A stretch of DNA of 64,000 nt. It comes from Acidimicrobiia bacterium. GTDB lineage: Bacteria > Actinomycetota > Acidimicrobiia > Spongiisociales > ZC4RG35. Shown piece by piece: positions 46,186-56,381 of the stretch (positions are counted from its first letter, which is position 1; each line of letters starts with the position of its first letter). The position numbers and the translations under genes were made by a program. The notes under the pieces are model-generated. The model was given only the letters and a program-made list of their open reading frames with translations, was not told the DNA's origin and did no database searches. The stretch lies in assembly GCA_035292685.1 (NCBI GenBank), contig DATDPP010000040.1, forward strand, positions 1,398 to 65,397. The letters run 5' to 3'.

Positions 46186-49011
46186 TTACCCATACGCTTC
46201 GGGGGGCGGGCAGGCGCAGACCAGGTTCCGGTCGCCCCCGGGGCCGTCGATGCGGCCCACCGGTGGCCAGTACTTGTCGCGATGCACACTACGCAGCGGG
46301 TAGCCGGCCAGAGTTCGAGAATAGGGATGGGGCCAATCGTCGACCATCAGCATGTCTGCCGGGTGGGGAGCATTGACCAGGGGATTGTCATCAGGAGGCC
46401 ACTCCCCGGACTCGATCCTCCCCGCCTCCCCGGCGATGGAGATCATGGCGTCACAGAATCTGTCCAGCTCGCCGAGGCTCTCCGATTCCGTAGGCTCGAC
46501 CATCAGAGTGCCGGCCACAGGAAACGACAATGTCGGGGCGTGGAGCCCGTAATCGGCGAGACGCTTGGCAACATCCTCTGCGGTCACACCAGTCGCCTTG
46601 GCCAGAGGCCTCAGGTCGAGGATGCATTCGTGGGCAACCCGGCCCCGAGCGCCTGTGTAGAGAACCGGGAAGTGAGGGTCGAGACGACGGGCCACGTAGT
46701 TGGCGCCGAGGATGGCGACCATGGTCGCCTCCCGCAGCCCATCTCCGCCCATCAGCCGGATGAAGGCGTAGGGAATGGGGAGGATGCCGGCGGACCCAAA
46801 CGGAGCACCGGAGACGGGCCCGATCCCGGTCGGCGGGCCAGCCGTCGGGTTTAACGGGTGGTTGGGCAGGAAGGGTGCCAGATGGCTCTTGGCGCCGACC
46901 GGGCCCACCCCGGGGCCCCCGCCTCCATGGGGGATGGTAAAAGTCTTGTGCAGGTTCAAATGCCCGATGTCGGCACCGAGGTCCGCGGGGCGGGCCAGCC
47001 CCACCATCGCATTGAGGTTTGCCCCGTCGACATATACCTGCCCACCGCATGCGTGGATGAGCTCGGTCAACTCGACAATCCCTTCTTCGAACACGCCGTG
47101 GGTCGACGGGTAAGTAGCCATCATGGCCGCCAGATGGTCGCCGGCAGCCTCGGCCCGTGAGCGGAGATCCGTGAGATCGACATTCCCCCGGTCGTCCGTC
47201 GCCACCACCACCACCTTCATGCCGGCCATGACCGCCGACGCCGCGTTGGTCCCATGAGCCGATGCCGGGATCAGGCAGACGTCGCGGTGTCCTTCCCCAC
47301 GGCTCTCGTGATAGGCGCGGATGGCGAGGAGCCCGGCCAGCTCTCCCTGGGAGCCCGCATTGGGTTGAAACGAGATCACGTCGTATCCGGTTGCAGCGCA
47401 GAGATAGCCCCCCAACTCCCGGATCATCTCGAGGTATCCCGTCGCTTGAGAGCCGGGCGCGTAGGGGTGTATCCCCGCAAACCCCGGCCAGGTGACGGGG
47501 ATCATCTCCGTGGTGGCATTGAGCTTCATTGTGCAGGAGCCGAGGGGGATCATGCTGCGATCGAGGGCGAGGTCGCGATCGGCCAGCCGGCGGAGGTAAC
47601 GCAGCATCTCATGCTCTGACTGGTATGTGTTGAACACCGGATGGGTCAGGAACTCCGACCGGCGAGCGAGGCCCGGAGGAATCGCGGTGTCGGCGCCGGT
47701 CGCCAATTCATCCAACCCGAGGGCCCCCAGCACCCGGGCCAGGATGTCGGGAGTGGTGGTCTCGTCCAACGCGATCCGAATGTGGTCATCGTCGACCCGG
47801 CCCAGATTGACACCGGCCTCGAAGGCGGCGTGGATCGCGGCATCAGCCCCCCCAACAGGGCGAACGGTCAAGGTGTCGAACCAGGTTTCGTTGACGACCT
47901 TCACCCCGCCACTGGTCAGGGTCCGGGCCAGTCTCGATGTCAGCCCGTGCACCTCGGACGCGATGCCCCAAATCCCATCCGGCCCGTGCCAGGACGCATA
48001 GAAACCGGCGATGACGGCGAGGAGCACCTGCGCCGTGCAGACGTTGGACGTCGCTCTCTCGCGGCGAATGTGCTGTTCCCGGGTCTGCAGCGCAAGCCGA
48101 TAGGCGGTGTTGCCGAGCCGGTCCGAGGACACCCCGACCAGACGGCCGGGGAGGGCCCTGACCATGTTCTCCCGGGTGGCCATGAACCCGGCGTGCGGCC
48201 CGCCGTAGCCCAGAGGAACCCCAAACCGCTGCGCCGAGCCGACCGCGATGTCCGCCCCCCACTCGCCCGGGGGGACCAGGAGTGCCAGGGCCAGCAGATC
48301 GGTGGCAACGGCGACCAGCACGCCGTCGGCGTGAAGGCGGCCGACGAGGTCGGAGTGGTCGGTGACAGCCCCGGAGGAGCCCGGGTACTGGAGCAATGCG
48401 CCGAATCCGGCCCCAGGAAGCACACCTTCGGAGAGCATTCGCACTTCGACACCAATTGCCCGAGCCCTGGTCCGGACCACCTCGATGGTCGGAAGGTGGC
48501 AATCGTCGTCGACATAGAAGACGCTCCGGTCGCCCTTGTGCCACCGCCGGCACATTGCCATCGCCTCGGCCGCCGCGGTCGGCTCGTCGAGAAGGGAGGC
48601 ATTGGCAATGTCGAGGCCGGTCAGGTCGCTGACCATCGTCTGGAAGTTGAGAAGGGCCTCCAATCTCCCCTGGGAGATCTCAGCCTGATACGGGGTGTAG
48701 GCGGTGTACCACGACGGGCTCTCGAGGACATTGCGCTGGATGACAGGGGGGGTGATCGTGTCGTGATATCCGAGCCCGATCAGCGAGGGCAACACCACGT
48801 TCTTGGCGGCCAACTCGGCAAGGCGGGCGACCACCTCCCTCTCGGACAGGGCCGGAGGCAGCTCCAGGGTCATGTTGAGAATCGACGCGGGCACGGTCTG
48901 TGAGACGAGCTCGTCGAGGCTCGCCGCGCCGACGGTGGCCAGCATCTTCTCGATGTCGTCGCGGGTGGGACCGATGTGACGATCGGCGAAGCGCTCTTTG
49001 GGGTTGGGCAT
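46186..49011 (-). CDS. gcvP: Glycine dehydrogenase (decarboxylating), single-chain P protein
   Basis: 941 aa. PLP-Lys region NLHKTF. Glycine riboswitch upstream. Confidence 0.95.
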   Translation of the reverse strand: MPNPKERFADRHIGPTRDDIEKMLATVGAASLDELVSQTVPASILNMTLELPPALSEREVVARLAELAAKNVVLPSLIGLGYHDTITPPVIQRNVLESPSWYTAYTPYQAEISQGRLEALLNFQTMVSDLTGLDIANASLLDEPTAAAEAMAMCRRWHKGDRSVFYVDDDCHLPTIEVVRTRARAIGVEVRMLSEGVLPGAGFGALLQYPGSSGAVTDHSDLVGRLHADGVLVAVATDLLALALLVPPGEWGADIAVGSAQRFGVPLGYGGPHAGFMATRENMVRALPGRLVGVSSDRLGNTAYRLALQTREQHIRRERATSNVCTAQVLLAVIAGFYASWHGPDGIWGIASEVHGLTSRLARTLTSGGVKVVNETWFDTLTVRPVGGADAAIHAAFEAGVNLGRVDDDHIRIALDETTTPDILARVLGALGLDELATGADTAIPPGLARRSEFLTHPVFNTYQSEHEMLRYLRRLADRDLALDRSMIPLGSCTMKLNATTEMIPVTWPGFAGIHPYAPGSQATGYLEMIRELGGYLCAATGYDVISFQPNAGSQGELAGLLAIRAYHESRGEGHRDVCLIPASAHGTNAASAVMAGMKVVVVATDDRGNVDLTDLRSRAEAAGDHLAAMMATYPSTHGVFEEGIVELTELIHACGGQVYVDGANLNAMVGLARPADLGADIGHLNLHKTFTIPHGGGGPGVGPVGAKSHLAPFLPNHPLNPTAGPPTGIGPVSGAPFGSAGILPIPYAFIRLMGGDGLREATMVAILGANYVARRLDPHFPVLYTGARGRVAHECILDLRPLAKATGVTAEDVAKRLADYGLHAPTLSFPVAGTLMVEPTESESLGELDRFCDAMISIAGEAGRIESGEWPPDDNPLVNAPHPADMLMVDDWPHPYSRTLAGYPLRSVHRDKYWPPVGRIDGPGGDRNLVCACPPPEAYG

Positions 49012-49152
49012 CAGTCTCCTCTAAGGCTGTCAGCCCTCCCCCGCTGTCGTCGTCTCCAGCGGCGCCTCACCCGAATGGTCCACGTGCCTGAGAGTTTCCG
49101 GGGAGGAGTTGCCCCTTCGGCGCCCCGCAATCCGGGGCTCTCCCATTCGGTG
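49012..49152 (-). promoter_or_regulatory. Glycine riboswitch (single aptamer 49071-49150 plus expression platform)
   Basis: Minus strand reads ccgaaugg-GAGAG-ccccg gauug cgggg-CGCCGAAGGGGCAAC-uccuccccgg-AAACUCUCAGGCA-cgug-GAC-cauucgg. P1 ccgaaugg/ccauucgg. Conserved GGAGAG, CGCCGAAGGGGCAA and ACUCUCAGGCA..GGAC cores. Directly 5' of gcvP. Confidence 0.8.
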
Positions 49153-49331
49153 TCGTTGGCAGAAGCCATCATACGACGATCGCAAACGGACTCTGGAAGC
49201 TGATGTCTCATAGGCACTAGTCCACGTTTAGCTTGCCGTCGGCCCGGTCGGCCTTCCGATCGGTGTCAACCCCAACAACCGCGGGCCTAGTCGGGCGCAC
49301 CACCAAAGTCACCCGGCGATGATTGCCCCAA

Positions 49332-49359
49332 GGGGCTCCGGTCCCCCCACCGGAGCCCC
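49332..49359 (-). terminator. Strong GC hairpin downstream of ychF (terminator candidate, no U-tract)
   Basis: ggggctccgg-8 nt-ccggagcccc: a perfect 10-bp stem, 36 nt after the ychF stop. Confidence 0.5.
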
Positions 49360-49394
49360 TTCTCTTATGGGGACCGGGCGACGTTGGACCGCAA

Positions 49395-50477
49395 TCACAC
49401 GTTGAAGCGAAAGTCGACGACGTCGTCGGGTCGCATGACGTAGGACCTTCCCTCGGTGCGGACCAGGCCCTTGGCCCGCGCCTCGACCCAGGAGCCGGCT
49501 GTCACTAGCAGTGGATAGTCGACCACCTCGGCAGCGATGAACCCCCGCTCGAAGTCGGTGTGGATCACACCGGCCGCCTCCGGGGCGGTGGCCCCGGATC
49601 GGATGGTCCAGGCCCGCGCCTCCTTCTCTCCGGCGGTGAGAAAGCTCTGCAGACCCAGGGTCCGATAGGCAGCCCGGATCACGGCATGCAGCCCCGGCTC
49701 GTCTTGACCGACGGAAGCCAGTATCTCGACACGATCGTCCTCGTCGAGCTCGTTGAGCTCCGCCTCGATCTGGGCGTCGAGGAAGAGGGCCTCCGCTGGT
49801 GCCACGGCTGCGGCTAACTCGGAACGTCGGTTTCCGTCGACCAGGAGGGCCGGGCCGCTGTTGAACACGTAGATGATCGGCTTGGCGGTGAGCAGATGGA
49901 GGTCGGCATACTCGGGAAGACGGGCCAACAACTCCGGGCTGCCAGAGACCATTTGCCCGGCGCCAACTGCCTGCCGGAGCAGGTGGAGCAACTCGATTCG
50001 GGGACCGAGCGACCGATCCACCGTTGCCTCCCGCTCTAACCTGGGAAGCCGTTTCTCGATCGTTTGCAGGTCGGCGATTGCCAACTCGGTTTCGAGGGTG
50101 TCGATGTCCGAGACCGGGCCGCCACCCTCGCCAATCGACACGACGCTCTCGGAATCGAACGCCCGAACCACGTGGCAGATGGCGTTCACGTCCCGGATAC
50201 TCGCCAGGAACTGGTTGCCAAGACCTTCACCTTCGCTGGAGCCGTGCACCAGACCTGCGATGTCGACAAAGGTCACCGTCGCCGGCGTGACTTTCTTCGA
50301 CTTGAAGATCGTGGCGAGAGTGTCGAGCCGTGGGTCGGGAATCGGGACCACGCCTGTGTTGGGCTCGATGGTTGCGAACGGGTAGTTGGCTGCCAGGACC
50401 TTGGCGTTGGTGAGCGCATTGAAAAGCGTGGATTTGCCCACATTGGGGAGACCCACGATGCCGATGGTCAGACTCAT
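49395..50477 (-). CDS. ychF: Redox-regulated ribosome-binding ATPase YchF
   Basis: GLPNVGKST, 360 aa with TGS-type C-terminus. Confidence 0.9.
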   Translation of the reverse strand: MSLTIGIVGLPNVGKSTLFNALTNAKVLAANYPFATIEPNTGVVPIPDPRLDTLATIFKSKKVTPATVTFVDIAGLVHGSSEGEGLGNQFLASIRDVNAICHVVRAFDSESVVSIGEGGGPVSDIDTLETELAIADLQTIEKRLPRLEREATVDRSLGPRIELLHLLRQAVGAGQMVSGSPELLARLPEYADLHLLTAKPIIYVFNSGPALLVDGNRRSELAAAVAPAEALFLDAQIEAELNELDEDDRVEILASVGQDEPGLHAVIRAAYRTLGLQSFLTAGEKEARAWTIRSGATAPEAAGVIHTDFERGFIAAEVVDYPLLVTAGSWVEARAKGLVRTEGRSYVMRPDDVVDFRFNV

Positions 50478-50529
50478 TCGGCGGCGCAGGTTAGGGAGGG
50501 TGAACCTGACGGCTGGCTAGCGTGCCGAT

Positions 50530-51528
50530 GTGGACAGGATCGCAGTGATCGGAGCCGGGTCCTGGGGGACCACCGTTGCGGCCTTTGCCGCACGCTCGAC
50601 TCCGACCGTCCTCTGGGCCCGGCGCCCGGAGCTGGCCGCAGAGATGAACGAGACAAGGGAGAACCGCACCTACCTCCCAGGGTTCGAGCTCCCTGCGGCC
50701 CTCACCAGCACCAGCGACCTCGACGCTGTGATCGAGACGTCAGCAGCTTTGGTGATGGCCGTCCCCTCGCACGGCTTCAGAGAGGTCTACTCCAGGATCG
50801 CGGGCCGGCTCGGCGAGGAAGTGCCCGTTCTCTCGCTGACCAAAGGGATCGAACAGGAAACTCTCGCCACCATGACCCAGATTGTGGCTGAGATCTCACC
50901 TGGTATGGACCCATCGCTGATCGGGGTGATGACCGGTCCCAACCTGGCGACCGAAGTCGCTGCCGGCCAGCCGACAGCCACCGTGATCGCGATGGCTGAC
51001 CAGCCAACCGCCCGCCGTTTCCAGGATGTCTTCATGGGACCCACGTTTCGCGTCTACACCCATGACGACGTGGTTGGGTGTGAACTGGGCGGTGCTCTCA
51101 AGAACGTGATGGCGATCGCAGCCGGGATGTCGGATGGTCTCGGCTTCGGTGACAACACCCGGGCCACGCTCATCACCCGGGCCCTGGCGGAGCTGACCCG
51201 CCTCGGGGTGGCCCTCGGTGGAAGGCCGGCGACCTTCGCCGGTTTGGCCGGGATGGGCGACCTGATCGCAACCTGCATCTCGACGGCCAGCCGCAATCAC
51301 CAGGTCGGGTTCCGCTTGGCATTGGGCAAGACCCTCACCGAAATCGTCACCGAGATGAGGATGGTCGCCGAAGGAGTCAAGACCACACGTGCGGTCCTGG
51401 ATCTTGCCAAACGGAGCGACATACAGATGCCGATCGCAAGTCACGTCGGGCACGTCCTGTACGAAGGCCTCGACCCCAAGGAAGCGGTGCTGAGGTTGAT
51501 GACCCGTGAGGCGAAGCAGGAAGACTGA
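50530..51528 (+). CDS. gpsA: NAD(P)H-dependent glycerol-3-phosphate dehydrogenase
   Basis: VIGAGSWGTT, 332 aa. TAGCGT sits 6 nt before the GTG start. Confidence 0.9.
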   Translation: MDRIAVIGAGSWGTTVAAFAARSTPTVLWARRPELAAEMNETRENRTYLPGFELPAALTSTSDLDAVIETSAALVMAVPSHGFREVYSRIAGRLGEEVPVLSLTKGIEQETLATMTQIVAEISPGMDPSLIGVMTGPNLATEVAAGQPTATVIAMADQPTARRFQDVFMGPTFRVYTHDDVVGCELGGALKNVMAIAAGMSDGLGFGDNTRATLITRALAELTRLGVALGGRPATFAGLAGMGDLIATCISTASRNHQVGFRLALGKTLTEIVTEMRMVAEGVKTTRAVLDLAKRSDIQMPIASHVGHVLYEGLDPKEAVLRLMTREAKQED

Positions 51529-51530
51529 GC

Positions 51531-52169
51531 ATGGCAGCCGATAAGACGACCATTCGACGCCTTCCAGAGCTCGCGGTCCACGATCGGGGGCAGATCCACG
51601 CAATCCTCGATGAGGGCTTCGTCTGTCATGTGGCCTATCTCGACGACGGCCGACCTGTGGTCATCCCCACCCTGTACGCCCGGGATGGCGACCGAGTCCT
51701 GCTCCACGGATCTCATGCCTCCGGGTTGATGCAGGCGGTGAAACGAGGCTCGCCACTGGGCATCGCGGTGACCCTGGTGGATGGCCTGGTGGTGGCCCGC
51801 AGCGGATTCGAGTCCTCGGCGAACTACCGCAGCGTGGTCATCCACGGCACCGGCCGGCTTCTCGAAGGTGACGAGCACGTGACGGCCCTCGATGTGATCG
51901 TGGAAGCCCTGATCCCGGGGCGTCTCGCCGACATCCGGCGCCCGACCACGGCCGAGATGCGAAAGACCGCCGTCATTGCAGTCGGCTTGGAGGAGGTATC
52001 CGCCAAGGTCCATAACGGCCCGCCGGAGGACGCCGAATCGGACCAGGGCACCGGGGTGTGGGCCGGGGTCATACCCCTCGAGACCACAGCCGGGATTCCT
52101 CAGCCCGCCCCCGACCTCGAGCCGGGTGTCGCCATCCCGGACTATTTGAACGCGTACCGACGTTCCTAA
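51531..52169 (+). CDS. Pyridoxamine 5'-phosphate oxidase family flavoprotein
   Basis: 212 aa. PNPOx-like split-barrel sequence (HVAYLDDGRPVVIPTLYARDGDRVLLHGS). Confidence 0.7.
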   Translation: MAADKTTIRRLPELAVHDRGQIHAILDEGFVCHVAYLDDGRPVVIPTLYARDGDRVLLHGSHASGLMQAVKRGSPLGIAVTLVDGLVVARSGFESSANYRSVVIHGTGRLLEGDEHVTALDVIVEALIPGRLADIRRPTTAEMRKTAVIAVGLEEVSAKVHNGPPEDAESDQGTGVWAGVIPLETTAGIPQPAPDLEPGVAIPDYLNAYRRS

Positions 52170-52181
52170 AAGACTGCAACC

Positions 52182-53153
52182 GTGACCGCGCCCCCGGTGT
52201 TCTTGTTGGGGAGGACAAACTTGGCCAATCAGATCCTGACAACCTCCCACGGAACCAACCGTGAGGCTTTCAGTCCCAAGGATTGGGGCCTGTTCCTCAG
52301 TGTGTCGGCCATCTGGGGATCGTCGTTCTTGTTCATGACGATTGGGCTCGATGCGTTCCACCCCGGTTTGGTCACCTGGTTGCGGCTGGGCTTCGGGGCT
52401 GCGTTCATAGCCATGCTCCCCCGCGCCCGGCAATCGAAGATCCCCCGCCGCGAGTGGCGTCGAATTGGGGTGCTCGGGCTGATCTGGCTCGCCATCCCGT
52501 TCACGATCTTCCCGATTGCCCTGCAATGGGTCGACTCGTCGGTGACAGGGATGCTCAACGGCGCCACCCCTATCTTCACCGCGGTGATTGCCTCGATCCT
52601 CCTCTGGCATCTCCCCGGGCGTTTTCAGATGATCGGCCTGGTGGTCGGTTTCACCGGGATCGTTGCCATCGCCCTCCCCTCGGCCGGGGAGGGCTCAACG
52701 GCGGCGCTCGGAGTGGTGTTGATAGTGGTGGCCACGATTTGCTACGCATTCGCCACCAACATCGTCGCCCCGCTGCAGCAGAAGTACGGATCGCTTCCGG
52801 TGATGGCACGGGTGCAATGGGTGGCCGTCGCTTTGGTCACGCCCTACGGGATCTACGGGCTGACCCGGTCCGAATTCGCCTGGCCTTCCCTGTTTGCGAT
52901 GTTGGCGGTCGGAGTCCTGGGCACCGGCGTCGCCTTGGTGCTGATGGGGTCTCTGGTGGGGAGTGTCGGCCCGACCCGCGCCACCTTCGTCACCTATGTC
53001 TACCCGGTGGTCGCCTTGGCCCTGGGGGTGGTTTTCAGGGACGAGGTGGTTGCGCCGATCGCCATCGCCGGCATCCCCCTGGTCATCGCAGGGGCGGTTA
53101 TCGCCTCCCGCAGCGAGGTCGCCTTCAGGCCGCTGCCAGCCGAAGCGCTCTGA
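52182..53153 (+). CDS. EamA/DMT family transporter
   Basis: 323 aa, 10 TM, duplicated EamA halves. Confidence 0.75.
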   Translation: MTAPPVFLLGRTNLANQILTTSHGTNREAFSPKDWGLFLSVSAIWGSSFLFMTIGLDAFHPGLVTWLRLGFGAAFIAMLPRARQSKIPRREWRRIGVLGLIWLAIPFTIFPIALQWVDSSVTGMLNGATPIFTAVIASILLWHLPGRFQMIGLVVGFTGIVAIALPSAGEGSTAALGVVLIVVATICYAFATNIVAPLQQKYGSLPVMARVQWVAVALVTPYGIYGLTRSEFAWPSLFAMLAVGVLGTGVALVLMGSLVGSVGPTRATFVTYVYPVVALALGVVFRDEVVAPIAIAGIPLVIAGAVIASRSEVAFRPLPAEAL

Positions 53154-54027
53154 TCACGAGATCGCGGTCCCCAAGTCGTCGCCGGAGCTCCCGCTCCAGA
53201 CCACCGATCGGGTAGAGGTTCTGGGGGGCCCGCGGATCCTTGTGTCTCGCCGAGGCGTATCGAGGCAACGTGGCCGACACCAGATGGGCCATTCGGGCGG
53301 CGTCCGCCACATTCATGTCCGCCTTCACCTCACAGCGGACCAGGCCTCCGGCGGGACCAGCGCCGTTGGCCAGACGCAGATACCACGAGAAGCGGCTCCA
53401 GGAGGTAGTGGTGAGGAACAGCGGGGTGCGGTAACCGACCGGAAGCGTCCCCAGGGTTGCCCTGAGCTCGTCCTGAAGGTATTGCACATGCTGGGTCTTG
53501 ACGTATCCGACGGCTCCCTCGAGGTGACGACGATGGGAAAGCGGGCCGTCGACTACCACCAAGGCGGCGTCGCCATGATCGGCTGCCACCTCGCCCTCGA
53601 GGTCGCCCATCCGCTCCTGGATGCCCAACCAGAGCTCCTCGGGAGTCGAGCCCTTGGTGCTCATCACCTCATAGCGCCCAACCTTGGTGTCGACCGATTC
53701 GGCCGGGCCCGAGGTGAAGATCCCCCGGCGGACACTGGAAGCAACCACCCTGGCGCCACCGTTGCAACGAACGGCGCCGGCCGCGAAGGTAGCCGCCAGG
53801 CCGAACCCGGGAAAGAGGCCCTCCCGGTCGATCCAGAGGTTGGCGTCGACCCTTCGCACCCCGTCAACGAACAGGATGTCCTCGGCCGGGGCGCATTCCG
53901 GCAACAACGGGCGCCATTGGTCCGGGCTGACCTCGACCGACGGGTCCACCTTGTCGGTGGAATCGGCCAGATCGGCGTCGGAGGGGGCTCCGTAATCCGG
54001 ATCCCAGGCCTCGACCGTGAACCTCAC
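53125..54027 (-). CDS. NurA-like nuclease (tentative)
   Basis: 300 aa. GTGA overlap with the sbcC stop. DG-containing strands ILFVDGVRRVD and ALVVVDGPLS resemble NurA motifs. It occupies the nurA position of the archaeal herA-mre11-rad50-nurA operon. Confidence 0.5.
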   Translation of the reverse strand: MRFTVEAWDPDYGAPSDADLADSTDKVDPSVEVSPDQWRPLLPECAPAEDILFVDGVRRVDANLWIDREGLFPGFGLAATFAAGAVRCNGGARVVASSVRRGIFTSGPAESVDTKVGRYEVMSTKGSTPEELWLGIQERMGDLEGEVAADHGDAALVVVDGPLSHRRHLEGAVGYVKTQHVQYLQDELRATLGTLPVGYRTPLFLTTTSWSRFSWYLRLANGAGPAGGLVRCEVKADMNVADAARMAHLVSATLPRYASARHKDPRAPQNLYPIGGLERELRRRLGDRDLVIRALRLAAA

Positions 54028-56381
54028 GAGACCAGCTCCACCACCGAGCCGGTGGGCTCGCGCCGGACTTCTAGCCGGACCGTGGCCCGGGCCGCCAGCT
54101 CCTTGACATGAGTGACGATGCCGACCATGAGCCCACGGCCGGTCAACTCCTCGAGCACCGAAGCCACCGTGTCCAGAGACTCCTCGTCCAGGGTGCCGAA
54201 ACCTTCGTCCAGGAAGATCGCATCGAGACCGGAGGCGGCGCCTGCGGACAGGGTCTCCGCCAGGGAGAGGGCGAGAGCGAGGGCAACCAGGAAGGTCTCG
54301 CCCCCGGAGAGGGTCGATACCGATCGGGTCTCGTCGGCGTTGCGGTGGTCGACGATGGCGAACCCTCCGTCATCATCGGCCTCGAGCGCGAAGCCCCCAC
54401 CGGAGAGCTGGGCCAGGAGGTCGTTGGCCCCGGCGACCAGTTCGGTGATCGCACCGGCCATCAACCAGCGCTCGAAGCCGTCGGCACGGAGGTGGGCGGC
54501 AAGTGAATGAGCGACGGCGGCGCCGGCTTGCGACTCCTCGATGACCTTGGCCAGCTCGGCGGCGAGGGCGATGGTCTTCTCCATCTCATCAAACGCCTGC
54601 TTTGCTTGTTCTTGCTCCCGCGCCACGTGAACCGCGTAGGGGGCAACCGGCTCGATTCCGATGCCCTCCAGCTCGGCCACCAAACGCTCCTTTGCATTCA
54701 CTGCGCCGGTGACCGCGGCCCGGGCTTGGGCCTCCGCCTCCACGAGGCGGGCCCCGGTGTCGAGGCGGGCCTGGTCGATCCAACCCATCAGTTCCTTCCA
54801 CTGAACGAGGCTGTCGTCGCTCTCGGGTAACGGCGGCCGGAGATCGGCCACAGTCTCTCGGGCCGCCATCAAAGCGCGGCCAATCGATCGAAAGGCCTCG
54901 GCCGCCGTCTCCAACTCGCGGCGGGTCGCGGCGAGGAGCCCTTCGACTACTCCGAGCTCGTGCTGCCTCGCGACGACGAGAGCCTTTGCCGCTTCCACTG
55001 CGCTCATCTGGCGTTCCAGGGCCTCGGCCGGTAGGGCGGGGTCGAGGTCACCGAGAAGCGAGAGGCGTTGGGTCTCCAACTCCTTACGGGTGGCCTCGAT
55101 GCTGGCAGCCTCGGCACGAGCTTCCTCGAGACTGGTGCGAGCCGCGCTCACCCTCGTTGCGGCTGCCACTTCGCCTTCATCGAGCCGAATGAGGTCGGGA
55201 TCACGGTTGTCGTCGGGGAGAGCGGACACCGGGAGATCACAAACCGGGCATGGCATTCCCACCACCAGGGTGGCGCGCAAAGCATGGGCGGCGTGGGTCA
55301 CCCGTGCCGACTCCAGGTCTGAAGTCACCTGCTCGTGAATCGCGACGGCGGCCTCCAAGGCCTCCATCGCCGTTGCCACCCTGGATTCGACGACACCAAC
55401 ATCGTGTTCTTCGAGGCGGGCATCGAGCTCGGTGAGCCGCAGATAGGTCCTTGCATGTGACTCGAGCGATTCGATCGAAGGGAGGCCTTGCAACGCCACG
55501 TTCGCAGTTTCGAGCTCGGTCTCGGCTTGATCCCGGCGTCGCTCGAGCTCTTCGTGGGCATCACGGGCCCGGTTGATCGCCTCGTCGAGCATGTCGAGAT
55601 TGTCGGGAGGAGTGATCGAGTCGAGCCGCTTCAGGTCGCCTTCCAACCGCGACACCACGTCGGCGGCGGCTATGGCGGCCGCCTCCAGCCCGGCCAAGGT
55701 TGCTTCCAGCTCGTCGATCCTTTCGGCCATCTGCTCGAGTTGACCCGACCGGTCACGAGCAACGGCCAGGGATTCCTCGTCCGGGATCTCGAGCGGGGCC
55801 CTTCTCGCCTCGGCCTGCGCCGCTCTGTCCTCCGCCGTGGCTTCCCTCGTTCGCGCCAACCCCCGGATCTCTGAATAGATGTCGAGATCGAGGAGTTTGC
55901 GCAGGAGGGCCTGTCGATCGGACTTGGTGGCCGTCAGAAACCTTGCGAACTCACCTTGGGGCAAGACCACGGTCTTGGTGAAGTCCTCGTAACGCAGCCC
56001 GAGCAGCGCCTCGACTGCCTTGGTCACCTCGTCGGCACCTGAGGCCAGTGTGTCCGGGCCACGCTCGAGACGCGACTCGTTGGTGTTGGCGCCGGTCTTG
56101 GTGCGCAACACCTGTCTCGCCACGGTGTAGACCTGATCCCCCACGGCGAAGTCCACCGAGACCCGGGCCCGGTCGGCTCCGGCGGAGATCACCGGAGCCA
56201 CCTCGCGACCCCCAAGACGGGGGACCCGCCCGTAGAGGGCGAAGATCATGGCGTCGATCAGACTCGACTTCCCCGAGCCCGTTGGCCCGCTGAGCGAGAA
56301 GAAGTCGACCTCGGCGAAGCTGACGCTGCTGTGGGTTCGATAGGCCGAGAACCCTTCGAGGGTGATGCTGAGCGGTCTCAT
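54024..56381 (-). CDS. sbcC: SbcC/Rad50-family SMC-like ATPase
   Basis: 785 aa. Walker A GPTGSGKSS, coiled coils, zinc hook CPVC, signature LSGGE, Walker B IFLDEGFG. Confidence 0.9.
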   Translation of the reverse strand: MRPLSITLEGFSAYRTHSSVSFAEVDFFSLSGPTGSGKSSLIDAMIFALYGRVPRLGGREVAPVISAGADRARVSVDFAVGDQVYTVARQVLRTKTGANTNESRLERGPDTLASGADEVTKAVEALLGLRYEDFTKTVVLPQGEFARFLTATKSDRQALLRKLLDLDIYSEIRGLARTREATAEDRAAQAEARRAPLEIPDEESLAVARDRSGQLEQMAERIDELEATLAGLEAAAIAAADVVSRLEGDLKRLDSITPPDNLDMLDEAINRARDAHEELERRRDQAETELETANVALQGLPSIESLESHARTYLRLTELDARLEEHDVGVVESRVATAMEALEAAVAIHEQVTSDLESARVTHAAHALRATLVVGMPCPVCDLPVSALPDDNRDPDLIRLDEGEVAAATRVSAARTSLEEARAEAASIEATRKELETQRLSLLGDLDPALPAEALERQMSAVEAAKALVVARQHELGVVEGLLAATRRELETAAEAFRSIGRALMAARETVADLRPPLPESDDSLVQWKELMGWIDQARLDTGARLVEAEAQARAAVTGAVNAKERLVAELEGIGIEPVAPYAVHVAREQEQAKQAFDEMEKTIALAAELAKVIEESQAGAAVAHSLAAHLRADGFERWLMAGAITELVAGANDLLAQLSGGGFALEADDDGGFAIVDHRNADETRSVSTLSGGETFLVALALALSLAETLSAGAASGLDAIFLDEGFGTLDEESLDTVASVLEELTGRGLMVGIVTHVKELAARATVRLEVRREPTGSVVELVS

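Noticed and set aside
49011-49217. 68-aa minus-strand ORF upstream of gcvP
   Set aside because: It coincides with the glycine riboswitch, and its Arg-rich translation is implausible.
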